Assembly (NCBI GenBank): GCA_015231515.1 | Contig: JADGBM010000001.1 | Span: forward strand, 23,544-87,543 | Length of the DNA stretch: 64,000 nt | Direction: 5' to 3' | DNA from: Desulfobulbaceae bacterium | GTDB lineage: Bacteria; Desulfobacterota; Desulfobulbia; Desulfobulbales; VMSU01 | Shown here: in pieces, positions 1 through 9,967 of the stretch | How the letters are laid out: each line of letters starts with the position of its first letter | How positions within the stretch are numbered: position 1 is the first letter of the stretch | Program-made: the position numbers and the translations under genes | The notes under the pieces: generated by a model | The model's input: only the letters and a program-made list of their open reading frames with translations | Told to the model about the DNA's origin: nothing | The model's database searches: none

Positions 1-210
1 TTTTCGGTCTTTTCAGTTTTCACATTTTTACTCTGCCTACAACATAGAGTTGTACTTTCAATTGAAATGGAGTAATCTTGCGCGCTTTAAATTACTGTGT
101 TTCATATAAGGCTATAATTCGCAATAGAAATATAAAATATGACGGCTTTTTAAATGTAAACAGTACTATTGATTTTTTACAATGAAATGATTTAAGGAGG
201 TTTGGGGAAA

Positions 211-1647
211 ATGGCAGATTCGGATAAAAATGAACAGTATCGAGGTCCTTGGGGACACATTGTCAGAGGGATGTGGAGATCACCGCTTGGAATAATCGGT
301 GTTATCCTCACAACTGTTTGTGCAACGCTCATGGTTGTAGGGCTTATAGTTGAACTTTTTGGTTTGAGCCACAATGTTTATGTTCCGCTGTTAGCCTTCC
401 TCGTTTTGCCTGGTGGTATGATTACCGGCCTTCTGCTTATCCCTCTTGCTGCCTTCCTGCGCAGACGTCAATGGCATAAGCACGGAATAGCTAAAGACCA
501 CCTTCAGGTAAATTTGAGCGACCACAAACACCGGAAACTGATGATTTACTTTGTTGTGCTCACTGTTCTCTTCTTTCTTTTACTTGCTGTCATCGGCTAC
601 GAAGGTTATCACTTTTCTGATTCCCCGTTCTTTTGTGGAAAGGTCTGTCATCAGGTCATGGAACCTGAGTATGATGTATATAAACGTTCACCACATTCAA
701 AGGTTGTATGTGTCGAGTGCCATATCGGACCTGGCGCTCAATGGTTTGTTCGTGCCAAGATCTCCGGACTTCGCCAGGTACTCGCAGTGGTGACCAACAG
801 CCACAGCCGTCCAATTCCCGCTCCTGTTGAGCATTTGCGACCGGCTCGTGACACCTGTGAAAACTGCCACTGGCCAGATAAATTCAGCGGCAAACGTATT
901 AAAAAATTCACCCATTTTTCTAACAGCGATCAAGAAACACCTGAAGTTAATGAAATCGCCCTCCATATAGGTGGCCACAATCCAGTAACTGAGGCTTTTG
1001 AAGGCATTCACTGGCATGTTAGTAACGATGTTAAAATTGAATATAAGGCTGTTGACACCCGTCGTTTAGTTATTTCCAATGTTCGTGTTACCCGACCTGA
1101 CGGCAGCCAGGATGAGTTTACTAAAACTGACCCTGAGCTTCCAGAAGGAACCGAACCTGCCGAAGGACTTGCTTTAGAATGGCGAACCATGGACTGTATC
1201 GATTGCCATAACCGACCAACACACGTCTTTGACCTCCCAGAAGAACGCGTTGACTTTGGCCTGTTAAGCAAAAAAATCAATCCAGAGATCATTGGTATCC
1301 GTGAGGATAGCCTTACGACAATCAACACTGAATTCAATACACGAGAGGAAGCTCAGAACAACCTTGTTAATCGTCTAGTTGAACTTCAGACAAATCGACA
1401 CGGCATTGACTATGTCAAGCGTTACGAAAAAGACCTGGCAACAGCAGGTGAATATCTCTTAGAGACTTATCTGGGCAATATCTGGCCAAACATGAACATT
1501 AAGTGGGGCACCTACGGAAGCCATTTAGGTCATCAACGCGCCGAAGAAGGCTGGGGTTGTTTCCGTTGCCATGATGAGGAACATGTAAATTCACAAGGTG
1601 AGTCAATTACCCAAGACTGTAGCCTCTGTCACGACGAACCTGAATAA
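211..1647 (+). CDS. Membrane-anchored multihaem c-type cytochrome (six CxxCH; NapC/NirT- or ImcH-like layout)
   Basis: ORF 202..1647. Six CxxCH motifs (CGKVCH, CVECH, CENCH, CIDCH, CFRCH, CSLCH) follow three N-terminal hydrophobic helices. The ATG at 211 lies 10 nt after AAGGAGG (194-200) and is preferred over the TTG at 202. Confidence 0.85.
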   Translation: MADSDKNEQYRGPWGHIVRGMWRSPLGIIGVILTTVCATLMVVGLIVELFGLSHNVYVPLLAFLVLPGGMITGLLLIPLAAFLRRRQWHKHGIAKDHLQVNLSDHKHRKLMIYFVVLTVLFFLLLAVIGYEGYHFSDSPFFCGKVCHQVMEPEYDVYKRSPHSKVVCVECHIGPGAQWFVRAKISGLRQVLAVVTNSHSRPIPAPVEHLRPARDTCENCHWPDKFSGKRIKKFTHFSNSDQETPEVNEIALHIGGHNPVTEAFEGIHWHVSNDVKIEYKAVDTRRLVISNVRVTRPDGSQDEFTKTDPELPEGTEPAEGLALEWRTMDCIDCHNRPTHVFDLPEERVDFGLLSKKINPEIIGIREDSLTTINTEFNTREEAQNNLVNRLVELQTNRHGIDYVKRYEKDLATAGEYLLETYLGNIWPNMNIKWGTYGSHLGHQRAEEGWGCFRCHDEEHVNSQGESITQDCSLCHDEPE

Positions 1648-1670
1648 CTGATACTTGCTCCTTAGCAATA

Positions 1671-1704
1671 AGCCTTGTCCCAGAAATGGTTCAGGGCTTT
1701 TTTT
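1671..1704 (+). terminator. Rho-independent terminator after the cytochrome gene
   Basis: AGCCTTG (1671-1677) pairs with CAGGGCT (1692-1698; one G-U pair). A run of 7 T follows, 24 nt after the stop codon. Confidence 0.55.
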
Positions 1705-1813
1705 ATGCGTATTTCTTGGTAAAAACGTCAATTTACGGTACATTGTCTAATGTTTTTCAATTCGCAAATCATCAAAACAAACGCCACACAAGCAACCTAC
1801 TTCGGGAGAAATC

Positions 1814-3589
1814 ATGTCTGACTCATTAAATAAAAACCTGGGAACTACTGAAGTTCTCTGGGAACTTAACGATCTCTATACCGGAGTCGATGCCAAAGAG
1901 ATAGATGATGATCTCGCAGCCTGTCAAATCGAAGCCAAAGCTTTGCATGATGAGTTTAGCGGTCGAGTCGCAGAACTTTCCGCTGACCAGATACTTAAGG
2001 TGATCGTGCGGCTTGAAAATCTGGCAACCGAACGTGGACGCCTATCAACCTATGCCTTTTTAAACTTCACCACCCAGACTCAAAACTCTCAAGCCACTGC
2101 TTTTCTGCAAAAAATCAGGGAAGAAAACAGCCGTATCAGCAAAAACACTGTCTTCTTTGAACTTGAATGGAATGACCTGTCGGATTCTCACACTGCCGAA
2201 CTTTTAAATAATGACATTCTTTCCCATTATCGACATTACCTTTCCTCTCTTCGCCGTTACGCCCCCCACATGCTTTCACGAGACGAGGAGACCTTACTTA
2301 TTGAAATATCGCCTGTTGGTCGCGGTGCCTGGACATTGCTTTTCGAGAAAGTGATGGGGCATCTTGAGTTTGGCGAAAAAAAACGGACTGAGGAAGAAGT
2401 TCTCGCCGATCTCTACCATCAGGATCAAACAGTTCGGCAGCAGGCAGCTAGAGACCTGACCGATGGTCTCAACAGTCAACTCCATGTTTTGACACACATC
2501 ACAAATACCCTGCTTGCCGATAAAATGATCGATGATCGTCTTCGCAAATACCCCGCCTGGGTAAGTTCAATGAACCTGTACAATGAACTTGAGGACAAAA
2601 CAGTTAATACGTTAATAGATACTGTCGTAAGTCGATATGATATCCCAAAACGTTATTATCACCTTAAGAAGAAGATTCTTGGCCTTAAAGAACTTTCAGA
2701 CTACGACCGTTATGCACCTCTGCCCGATCTTCCCTCTACCGTAGTTAGTTGGAAGGATTGCCGTAAAATGGTCATCGATAGTTTTACTGAGTTTTCTTCT
2801 GAACTCGGTGAAATAGCACAGCTATTTTTTGACAAAAACTGGATACACGCCCCCATTATCCCCGGAAAACGCGGTGGAGCATTCGCACATCCTTGCACTC
2901 CGGATGTTCATCCCTACCTGATGATCAACTACACAGGCAACCTTCGTGACGTTTCAACAGTTGCCCATGAGATGGGACACGGCATTCATCAATATCTATC
3001 TGCGAAACTTGGTTATTTAAACAGCGACACCACTCTGGTCCTTGCTGAAACCGCCTCTGTATTTGCAGAGTTACTCCTTTTCAAAAAACAACTTACTCTC
3101 TTACATAATCACGACCAAAAGATAGCCTTTATCTCTCAAAAGCTTGAATCTATATTCGCTACCGTTTTCAGACAGATCGCTATGAACCGTTTTGAGGAAC
3201 TTAGTCATACAGGCAGGCGGCAGCATGGAGAGTTATCTGCCGAGCAATTAGGTGAGTACTGGATACAAACCCAGCAGGAGATGTTTGCCGACAGTGTGAT
3301 CCTCACCAAAGACTACTCAACATGGTGGTCATACATACCGCATTTTTTGAGCACTCCGGGATATGTTTACTCCTATGCTTTTGGAGAACTTTTAGTTCTT
3401 GCACTCTACAATATATATCGTAAAGATACGGAGTGGTTTGTACCTAAATATATTGAACTATTAAAATCCGGCGGCAGCAGTACACCCTATGCCCTTGTTG
3501 AGCCCTTTGGAATTGACTTAAACTCATCTGATTTCTGGCAGGGAGGTCTTGAAGTCATTGATGATATGCTTAAAGATATAGAGCTATGA
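1814..3589 (+). CDS. pepF: Oligoendopeptidase F (M3B zinc metallopeptidase)
   Basis: 591 aa. HEMGH zinc motif (VAHEMGHGIH). Length and overall sequence are typical of the PepF/M3B family. Confidence 0.88.
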   Translation: MSDSLNKNLGTTEVLWELNDLYTGVDAKEIDDDLAACQIEAKALHDEFSGRVAELSADQILKVIVRLENLATERGRLSTYAFLNFTTQTQNSQATAFLQKIREENSRISKNTVFFELEWNDLSDSHTAELLNNDILSHYRHYLSSLRRYAPHMLSRDEETLLIEISPVGRGAWTLLFEKVMGHLEFGEKKRTEEEVLADLYHQDQTVRQQAARDLTDGLNSQLHVLTHITNTLLADKMIDDRLRKYPAWVSSMNLYNELEDKTVNTLIDTVVSRYDIPKRYYHLKKKILGLKELSDYDRYAPLPDLPSTVVSWKDCRKMVIDSFTEFSSELGEIAQLFFDKNWIHAPIIPGKRGGAFAHPCTPDVHPYLMINYTGNLRDVSTVAHEMGHGIHQYLSAKLGYLNSDTTLVLAETASVFAELLLFKKQLTLLHNHDQKIAFISQKLESIFATVFRQIAMNRFEELSHTGRRQHGELSAEQLGEYWIQTQQEMFADSVILTKDYSTWWSYIPHFLSTPGYVYSYAFGELLVLALYNIYRKDTEWFVPKYIELLKSGGSSTPYALVEPFGIDLNSSDFWQGGLEVIDDMLKDIEL

Positions 3590-4365
3590 TTAAACGTTAT
3601 CCCCGTTCAAAAAAGCAGGGAGTTCTTAGTTTTTTCAGCACCTTTTTTGATAAAAATTCTAAGACCGATATCGTCGTAAGGCGTCCGCCACGTGTTCACC
3701 TTGGCCATCTCCATTCTGTCAGCTTTGACATGGAGAGCCCCGAGAGGCAATCTGGTATTGGCCTTACGAATATTTCACGAACCGGAATTGGCTTCTTGGC
3801 CAGTCATTGCCAATGGCCTCAACCTGGAAGCTCCGTCCAGGGAACACTGAATATTTTGAACCATAAACTACCAACAACGCTTCGTGTTGTTCACTTAACC
3901 TCTGTAGTCGTTGGCTGCCATTTCACTGTTATCGGTCAAGAGTTTTCTGAAATTCTAAGTAGTTATTTTGATGCAGAACTCGACGCCTTACGTCTTGTGA
4001 AGGTTAGCCCCCAATACCTCAAGAAATGCCCTGCCGGAACACCTGTGTGGTATAAAGGGCTCGATAACAGCGAGCTTTTTATCGTTCATACAGACAACCG
4101 CATACATGAGTTCACTATGGTTTTCCTGGGCAACACAATACATTGGTCGGAACACTTGGAATCAGCACAATATGGTGTTTATCAAGGTTCTGAAGTTGAA
4201 CTGTACAGTCAAACAGCAACCTCTCTTCCCTCTTCCATAGTTCAACCTTCTGAGATTAACATCACTGCTATTAAGTTTATCCAAAATATCAAAGACCTTA
4301 AACGCGGCTTCACAGACCAGATTGAAAAAATCCTTAACATATCTTCATCTGCCAATCTCGGCTGA
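3586..4365 (+). CDS. PilZ-domain protein with an uncharacterised C-terminal domain
   Basis: RxxxR (RRPPR) and N-x-S-x-x-G (NISRTG) motifs at canonical spacing. The start overlaps the pepF stop (ATGA). Confidence 0.6.
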   Translation: MIKRYPRSKKQGVLSFFSTFFDKNSKTDIVVRRPPRVHLGHLHSVSFDMESPERQSGIGLTNISRTGIGFLASHCQWPQPGSSVQGTLNILNHKLPTTLRVVHLTSVVVGCHFTVIGQEFSEILSSYFDAELDALRLVKVSPQYLKKCPAGTPVWYKGLDNSELFIVHTDNRIHEFTMVFLGNTIHWSEHLESAQYGVYQGSEVELYSQTATSLPSSIVQPSEINITAIKFIQNIKDLKRGFTDQIEKILNISSSANLG

Positions 4366-4454
4366 CTGCGCTGAGCATTATTTTCATTTCCGCACCCTTT
4401 TTTTATTTGTTATTTAAAAGTCATTTTCACTGATTTATCTATTGGCACTTACAC

Positions 4455-5729
4455 CTAATGAACTGAGCATGAGATGCATGGGTCATAGGATCGAACCAGC
4501 ATTTGAGCCAACAACTCAATATCGCGATCATCTACATTAGTTTGAGAATACTGCATAGCCATTTCTTCAATATCATGGTGAATATTAGCGTGGTTCTGGC
4601 TGGTTGGAATAACGCAGTCGGCCTTTACGAGAGTACCTTTGGCGTTAAATTCATAATAGTGATACAAGATGCCTCGTGGAACTTCTATCGCACCGACACC
4701 ACAACCCTTTCTGGGTGAAACGGTTTGCCGATCTTCCTGTAAGGGGAGAGCTAACAGCTCATCGATAAGACTGATGCTATCATAAACGACGTGAACACAT
4801 TCAACCAGTTGGGCAACATTGCACATAAACGGGTTGTGACAGACCGGAGCGAAGGCAAGTTCTGACGCAACATTACGGGCTGCACTGTGCAACATTCCGA
4901 AATTATTATTCATCCTGGCAAGCGCCCCAACAGCAAACGATTTGCGAGAGAGTTTACTCCACTTCGACGTCGATCCCTTCACGCAGTATTCATTGGTCAT
5001 CTTGCGATAATCAGCCTCTTTATGTCTCACACCGTCTGAGGAGATCATTTCACCGCCAATAAAAGGGTAATCGTTTTCACCCTTAAGGGAAACAAATTCC
5101 GTTTCTCTTACAAAAGAAGGAGTTGCAAAGGATTTAAACAGTTCAGCAGAAGCAACAAGGTCAGGAGCAGCAGCTGCCAGTCTTTGACGGATACCATCAA
5201 GCTCCTTTTTCTGTGGCAACATGGTAAACCCACCGACAACCGTGCGGATCGGATGAATTCTTCGCCCACCAATTATATCACATGCGTCATTGGCTATCAT
5301 TTTCAAGCGAAGTGCCCTCTGAATTACATCAGGATGGCTATTAATCAAGGGGAGGACACTGCCAGTACCCAAAAAATCGGGAGCAGCCAGAAAATAGAGA
5401 TGCAAAATATGACTCTGCAAGGTTTCCATATGCTTGAGAAGCAGCCGCAGTCTGGCAGTTTGAACCGTAGGTTGTATCTGAAAAGCGTTTTCAATGGCAC
5501 GAATACTTGCCAAAGTGTGGCCGATAGAACAGATGCCGCAGATACGACCGCAGATATAAGGCGCATTCTCCCAGTGTTTGCCAACCAGCATTGCCTCGAA
5601 AAAACGTGGTGTTTCAACCACCTCCCACTTAGCCTCTACAACTTTACCATCGCTTATTTTTATTCTAATATTCCCATGGCCCTCCACCCTGGTAAGATGC
5701 CTGATATCAATATTGCAGGAGAGTTTCAT
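4455..5729 (-). CDS. hyhL: [NiFe]-hydrogenase large (alpha) subunit, group 3b (sulfhydrogenase/Hyh)-like
   Basis: N-terminal RVEGHG and RICGICSIGH (CxxC) motifs. C-terminal DPCISCSVH nickel-binding motif. 424 aa. Overlaps the small-subunit gene by 4 nt. Confidence 0.9.
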   Translation of the reverse strand: MKLSCNIDIRHLTRVEGHGNIRIKISDGKVVEAKWEVVETPRFFEAMLVGKHWENAPYICGRICGICSIGHTLASIRAIENAFQIQPTVQTARLRLLLKHMETLQSHILHLYFLAAPDFLGTGSVLPLINSHPDVIQRALRLKMIANDACDIIGGRRIHPIRTVVGGFTMLPQKKELDGIRQRLAAAAPDLVASAELFKSFATPSFVRETEFVSLKGENDYPFIGGEMISSDGVRHKEADYRKMTNEYCVKGSTSKWSKLSRKSFAVGALARMNNNFGMLHSAARNVASELAFAPVCHNPFMCNVAQLVECVHVVYDSISLIDELLALPLQEDRQTVSPRKGCGVGAIEVPRGILYHYYEFNAKGTLVKADCVIPTSQNHANIHHDIEEMAMQYSQTNVDDRDIELLAQMLVRSYDPCISCSVH

Positions 5730-6547
5730 GATCTGCCCTCTGTTTTTCTTTGTTCACAGGCTGCTTTAGTTCTGAGCTTAGAAGTGAAGTCTGTAAAGCC
5801 CCCAAAACATTCCAAACGGTCAATCAGCTCCACATTTTTAAAGCCGTAATTGTTAAATATCTCTTCCAGCTGATCCATATTGACAACCCCGGCTGGCCCA
5901 CGACATCCCCAGCAACCTCGTCGATTACTGGGGCACCAGGCGTCACACCCTGCCCTGGTAACAGGACCAAGACAGGGCTCCCCCAGTTCAAAAAGGCAGA
6001 TATTCTCCTTGGCTTTGCACTCCATACAAACCGGAAAATCGGGAATTTTAACCGATTTTCCCACTACCAGATTTGTAACAATCTGCTCCACCTCTTCCTT
6101 CTTGACCGGGCAGCCATAGATATTGAGGTCAACCGCAACATAATCAGCAATGGGGTGCACTTCATCTGTCTCTACCGGAAAATCTCCATAAACTTCCTTG
6201 GTAACCCAGTCCAAATCCGCAAAGCGGTTTTTGAGCTGATTAACACCGCCAAAGCAGGCACATGACCCGAAGGCAATCAGGATCCTGGCATTGCGCCTAA
6301 TCTCCAGTAGGCGTTCAACTTCATCACTCCGGCTGATCGAACCTTCAACAAAGGCAATTTCGTAATCATCACTACGCTCAGTCATGGCCTCTCTGAAATT
6401 TACTATCTCCACCAGGTTCAAAAAACCGATCAAGGTATGTTCATTATTAAGAATTTGTAACTGGCACCCTTCGCATGCTGTAAATTCAAAAAAAGCAACT
6501 TTCGGACGTTTCAAAGGAACACCAAGGAATGAAATTGGGCCAGCCAT
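5726..6547 (-). CDS. hyhS: [NiFe]-hydrogenase small (delta) subunit, group 3-type
   Basis: N-terminal FEFTACEGCQ motif and multiple Cys clusters (GSCACFGG, CPV, CMECK, CLGPVTRAGCDAWCP). Lies directly upstream of the large subunit. Confidence 0.88.
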   Translation of the reverse strand: MAGPISFLGVPLKRPKVAFFEFTACEGCQLQILNNEHTLIGFLNLVEIVNFREAMTERSDDYEIAFVEGSISRSDEVERLLEIRRNARILIAFGSCACFGGVNQLKNRFADLDWVTKEVYGDFPVETDEVHPIADYVAVDLNIYGCPVKKEEVEQIVTNLVVGKSVKIPDFPVCMECKAKENICLFELGEPCLGPVTRAGCDAWCPSNRRGCWGCRGPAGVVNMDQLEEIFNNYGFKNVELIDRLECFGGFTDFTSKLRTKAACEQRKTEGRS

Positions 6548-7477
6548 TCATATCGCCTCTTTCAGATTCATTACTGACCAGTAATCAAAAACTGGCCCAT
6601 CAAGACAGGTATAGGTAGATCCGATGTTACACCGACAGCATTTCCCTCGTCCGCAATGCATCCTCCGTTCAAGTGAAACAAACATTTTCCCCATGGGCAA
6701 TCCGGCATCCATCAACATATTACAGACAGAACGGAACATTACCGGAGGCCCACAAACGATGGCGTACGTAGTATCCGCAAGTGAAGCACTTTCGTTGATC
6801 CTCGGCTGAATAATTTCAGTAATCAAACCGACGTGGCCATCCCACGATTGGTCGGCATTATCGACAGTAACAGTCAAGTTTATGTCAAATCGACGCCATC
6901 CTTCATACTGATATGTAAACAAGAGCTGTTCGGGGCTTTTTGCACCATACATGATGTCAACCTGACCGTATCGGCTCCTGTTTTCAAGGACTGCAAGAAG
7001 GGGGGAACGTAGGGGGACAATACCAAGACCGCCGGCAATCAGAAGGATATTCTGGCCGACCATCTGTTCGACCGGGAAATGAGTTCCAAATGGTCCGGAA
7101 ATTCCTACTCGAGCTCCGCGCTGCACTTTATCCAGAAAGTTTGTCAAGTTGCCGACTTTACGAATACAGAGCTCAAACTTACCAGTGGTTGACGGTGAAG
7201 AAGAGATAGAAAAAGGGGCTTCACCAATGCCGGGCAGTTCCAGCATAACAAACTGACCAGGTTTAAAGGTAAAGCGATCGCCTAAATCAGGGTCGCAAAT
7301 TTGTATCTGGTAAAGTTTTTCATTTTGAGTAAGCGAGTAGATGTTTGTAATTTCTGCTTTGTAGGCATATTCAAAGGCCCCACCAGTATCGCCCTTTCGG
7401 CGGTTCATCTTGTTTTCGCTTAGAATATCTGTATAGGCAGACCGATTCAGCACAACACTAGACCTCGTTCCGGACAC
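6548..7477 (-). CDS. hyhG: Hydrogenase gamma subunit: FAD/NAD(P)-binding oxidoreductase with C-terminal 2Fe-2S site
   Basis: Ferredoxin-reductase-like fold (GQFVML..PFSISS, IAGGLGIVP). C-terminal Cys cluster CGRGKCCRC..C. The start is uncertain: GTG 7477 overlaps the beta gene by 20 nt, and ATG 7408 is the alternative. Confidence 0.8.
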   Translation of the reverse strand: MSGTRSSVVLNRSAYTDILSENKMNRRKGDTGGAFEYAYKAEITNIYSLTQNEKLYQIQICDPDLGDRFTFKPGQFVMLELPGIGEAPFSISSSPSTTGKFELCIRKVGNLTNFLDKVQRGARVGISGPFGTHFPVEQMVGQNILLIAGGLGIVPLRSPLLAVLENRSRYGQVDIMYGAKSPEQLLFTYQYEGWRRFDINLTVTVDNADQSWDGHVGLITEIIQPRINESASLADTTYAIVCGPPVMFRSVCNMLMDAGLPMGKMFVSLERRMHCGRGKCCRCNIGSTYTCLDGPVFDYWSVMNLKEAI

Positions 7478-8495
7478 TCGCTATAACTTCTGCGGGTGTA
7501 ATATCAGACAGACAGGACTCTCCACAACGACCGCATCCGACACAAAGTGCCTCTTCAAAGGCCTCTACGAAACCGCGGTGTTTATGATAATAACGATACT
7601 TTAACCTGGTGGCGCTTTCCGGTCTGAAATTATGGCCCCCTGCAACTGATGCAAAGTCCAGTAGATTGCAAGAGTGAAGTGTTTTAGTTTTTGTCGCACC
7701 CTTCAGGTCCATATCAACATTTTCCTCGACACCATAGCAGTAGCAGGTTGGGCAGACATTAGCGCAGGTTCCGCAAGACAGACACTTATCGCCCCAGATC
7801 TGCCAGGCCTTCGAGTCAAACTCCAGGTCAAGAATCTTAGTCAGATCGGAACTATCCACTGTGGTGGTAAACAGCTTATTCTTTTGGGAGGAAACATGTT
7901 TATAGCGCTGATGATCAATTTGGCTTGGTTCTTTGCCACTGATCTTTTTTATAAGCTCAAAGGCCTGAGAGGTTAAAATCTCGACAAAATATTTTTCACC
8001 AATGTCAGTAATAAACAGATCAAAACCATGCAGAGCAGTATCTGTCCCCATCGATTGGCAAAAACATTGAGGCTCGGGTGTGCAGTTTATACCAATAATG
8101 AACATGGATTTTCGTTTGCCAATGTAATATGGATTCGGATAAACACTTTCAGCCTGCACCATATCCAGTTTATTGAGAGCGTTAATGTCACAGGCATGCA
8201 TGCCAAAAAAAACCAGCGGTTTATAGACATTGATATCTGTATTTTTCTGCCAGTCTGAGGCACTTATTTCAAATGAGGAAAGATTCTCCTGGTACGGAAG
8301 GACAAAACGCTTAGCGGAGTGGATGGTAGAGGTATAACCGAGAACAAGCTCATCGAAACCGTAGACCACGTCAAAATCATAAAGAGATTTTCCGTCACGA
8401 TCTGTGCCTTTCAGGATGGGACCAACAACAATATTGTAGGCAAGCAGCTCGTAAAGTGATGACAGTTTTTTCTTCGGGAACACTTTGAATATCAT
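7458..8495 (-). CDS. hyhB: Hydrogenase beta subunit: 4Fe-4S dicluster protein
   Basis: CLSCGTCANVCPTCYC and CVGCGRCGESC ferredoxin-type motifs. First gene of a beta-gamma-delta-alpha operon, the arrangement of Pyrococcus-type sulfhydrogenases. AAGGTGA ribosome-binding site. Confidence 0.8.
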   Translation of the reverse strand: MIFKVFPKKKLSSLYELLAYNIVVGPILKGTDRDGKSLYDFDVVYGFDELVLGYTSTIHSAKRFVLPYQENLSSFEISASDWQKNTDINVYKPLVFFGMHACDINALNKLDMVQAESVYPNPYYIGKRKSMFIIGINCTPEPQCFCQSMGTDTALHGFDLFITDIGEKYFVEILTSQAFELIKKISGKEPSQIDHQRYKHVSSQKNKLFTTTVDSSDLTKILDLEFDSKAWQIWGDKCLSCGTCANVCPTCYCYGVEENVDMDLKGATKTKTLHSCNLLDFASVAGGHNFRPESATRLKYRYYHKHRGFVEAFEEALCVGCGRCGESCLSDITPAEVIASVRNEV

Positions 8496-8779
8496 CGGAT
8501 ATTCACCTTTAGCGGCATGAAAAAAAAGGAACTTTCACACACCACCCGGCTAGAATGAGTTTTACATTTTCATTTCGTAATTCGTTTGCACTTACTCAGC
8601 TACAGTCCTTTGGGTCTATATTTACTGGACACCACCTTAATAGTAAGATTCATTTACATTATGCTATCACAAAGTTAGTTTTAGTGTCATACTATTTTTA
8701 ACTTAGGCGATTTTTTTATGCATAATTGAAGAAACGAGACAGCCACTCTGCTGATCAATAGTGAGACAATCTGCAAATC

Positions 8780-9403
8780 ATGCCTAAAAATACCTCAAAA
8801 TTAGCAACGTACGCCCTCAATCCAATTCGCTCTCTTGGGCAATACTCCCTTTTCACCACTTCTGCCCTATTCCTGATTTTTCAAAGAAAACAGCTTCGAT
8901 CAATTGCGCAGCACATCTATTCTATTGGAGTGAGCTCAACCATAATTATCACACTGGTTGCCCTTTTTACCGGTATGGTTCTTGGCTTACAGCTCTACTA
9001 CACCCTAATCAAGTTTGGAGCAGTAGGAGCCTTGGGTTCTGCCGTCAGTCTCACCCTGATCCGTGAACTTGGACCTGTGCTAGCAGCTATCATGATCACT
9101 GCCCGTGCAGGTTCTGCAATGTCGACTGAGATCGGCGTCCAAAGAATAACTGAGCAAATTGACGCCTTAACAACCATGGGGATTAATCCGGTTCGTTATC
9201 TGGTCAGTCCGCGCCTTATGGCCGCAGTTATCAGTTTCCCGATACTGACTACATTATTTGACTTAGTTGGAATTATGGGGGCCTATCTGAGCAGCGTTCT
9301 CTTGTTAGGCCTAGACAAAGGAACGTATTTTTACCGTGTACAGTCAAGCATCGTGATGGAAGACATCCGCGGTGGATTGATTATCTTGGTTGCGCACTGG
9401 TGA
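8780..9403 (+). pseudogene. MlaE-type ABC permease, C-terminally truncated
   Basis: Aligns well by eye to the intact MlaE at 41611..42735 (IRELGPVLAAIMITARAGSAMSTEIG..EQIDALTTMGINP). Stops at ..RGGLIILVAHW, about 55 residues short. Confidence 0.6.
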
Positions 9404-9966
9404 CTGACCCTGAAATTGTCCTCTTTGATGAACCAACTACCGGCCAGGATATTATCCGAAGAAATGCGATCTTGAGCATGATTGCCGACACTTACTCTCT
9501 TCGATCGTTTAAAGCTCGTTACCAAAGCACATTAAACCGTAAATCACCTGACGAAAAGTACATCATTGCAGTTTTCACGCTCTCAGATTTCAGTTCTTTA
9601 TGTATGGCCGCAGGTCATGATGCAGGGCAAACAATCCTCAAAAAATTTGGCGACTATCTAAATGAATACTTTAATGATGTCGGTGCCTTTTCTACCCGCC
9701 AAAAACGTAATGTCTTTATTACATTTCTTACCTTTTCGGATATAACAGAGGCGACAAAACTTGTAGATGACTTTGTTATCTGGCTTGAAGATGCTGTCGG
9801 CAGGTCGCCTTTTCTCCCATTGCACAACAGCTCGAAGCGCTGCGTCATCAAAATCATGGCCGGAATCGCTGAAGGACTGCCTCGTCAAGATGCATTAAAT
9901 GATATTGTAACTTTGGCAGCAAAAAATCAGAAAGATATAGTATATATACCCTTAGGTGGTGATTGA
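9400..9966 (+). pseudogene. MlaF ATPase remnant (Walker B only) fused to a degenerate GGDEF-like segment
   Basis: ..ALVTDPEIVLFDEPTTGQD.. matches the Walker-B/D-loop region of the intact MlaF (ALNPSILFCDEPSAGLD). No Walker A or signature motif is present. The downstream part, IAVFTLSDFSSL..AGHDAGQTIL..STRQKRNVFITFL, resembles a GGDEF fold without GGDEF. Confidence 0.5.
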
Positions 9967-9967
9967 A

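Noticed and set aside
202-210. TTG start at 202 for the cytochrome gene, as given in the track.
   Set aside because: TTG 202 is only 1 nt from the AAGGAGG Shine-Dalgarno sequence. The ATG at 211 has proper 10-nt spacing.
4443-4460. TGGCAC hexamer, a possible sigma-54 -24 element.
   Set aside because: No TTGC or GC element lies at the required N5 spacing, and the site sits at the 3' end of convergent genes.
5184-6265. Long + strand ORFs (221 aa and 171 aa) antisense to the hydrogenase large and small subunit genes.
   Set aside because: The minus-strand frames carry unmistakable NiFe hydrogenase motifs. The antisense ORFs have no motifs or ribosome-binding sites.
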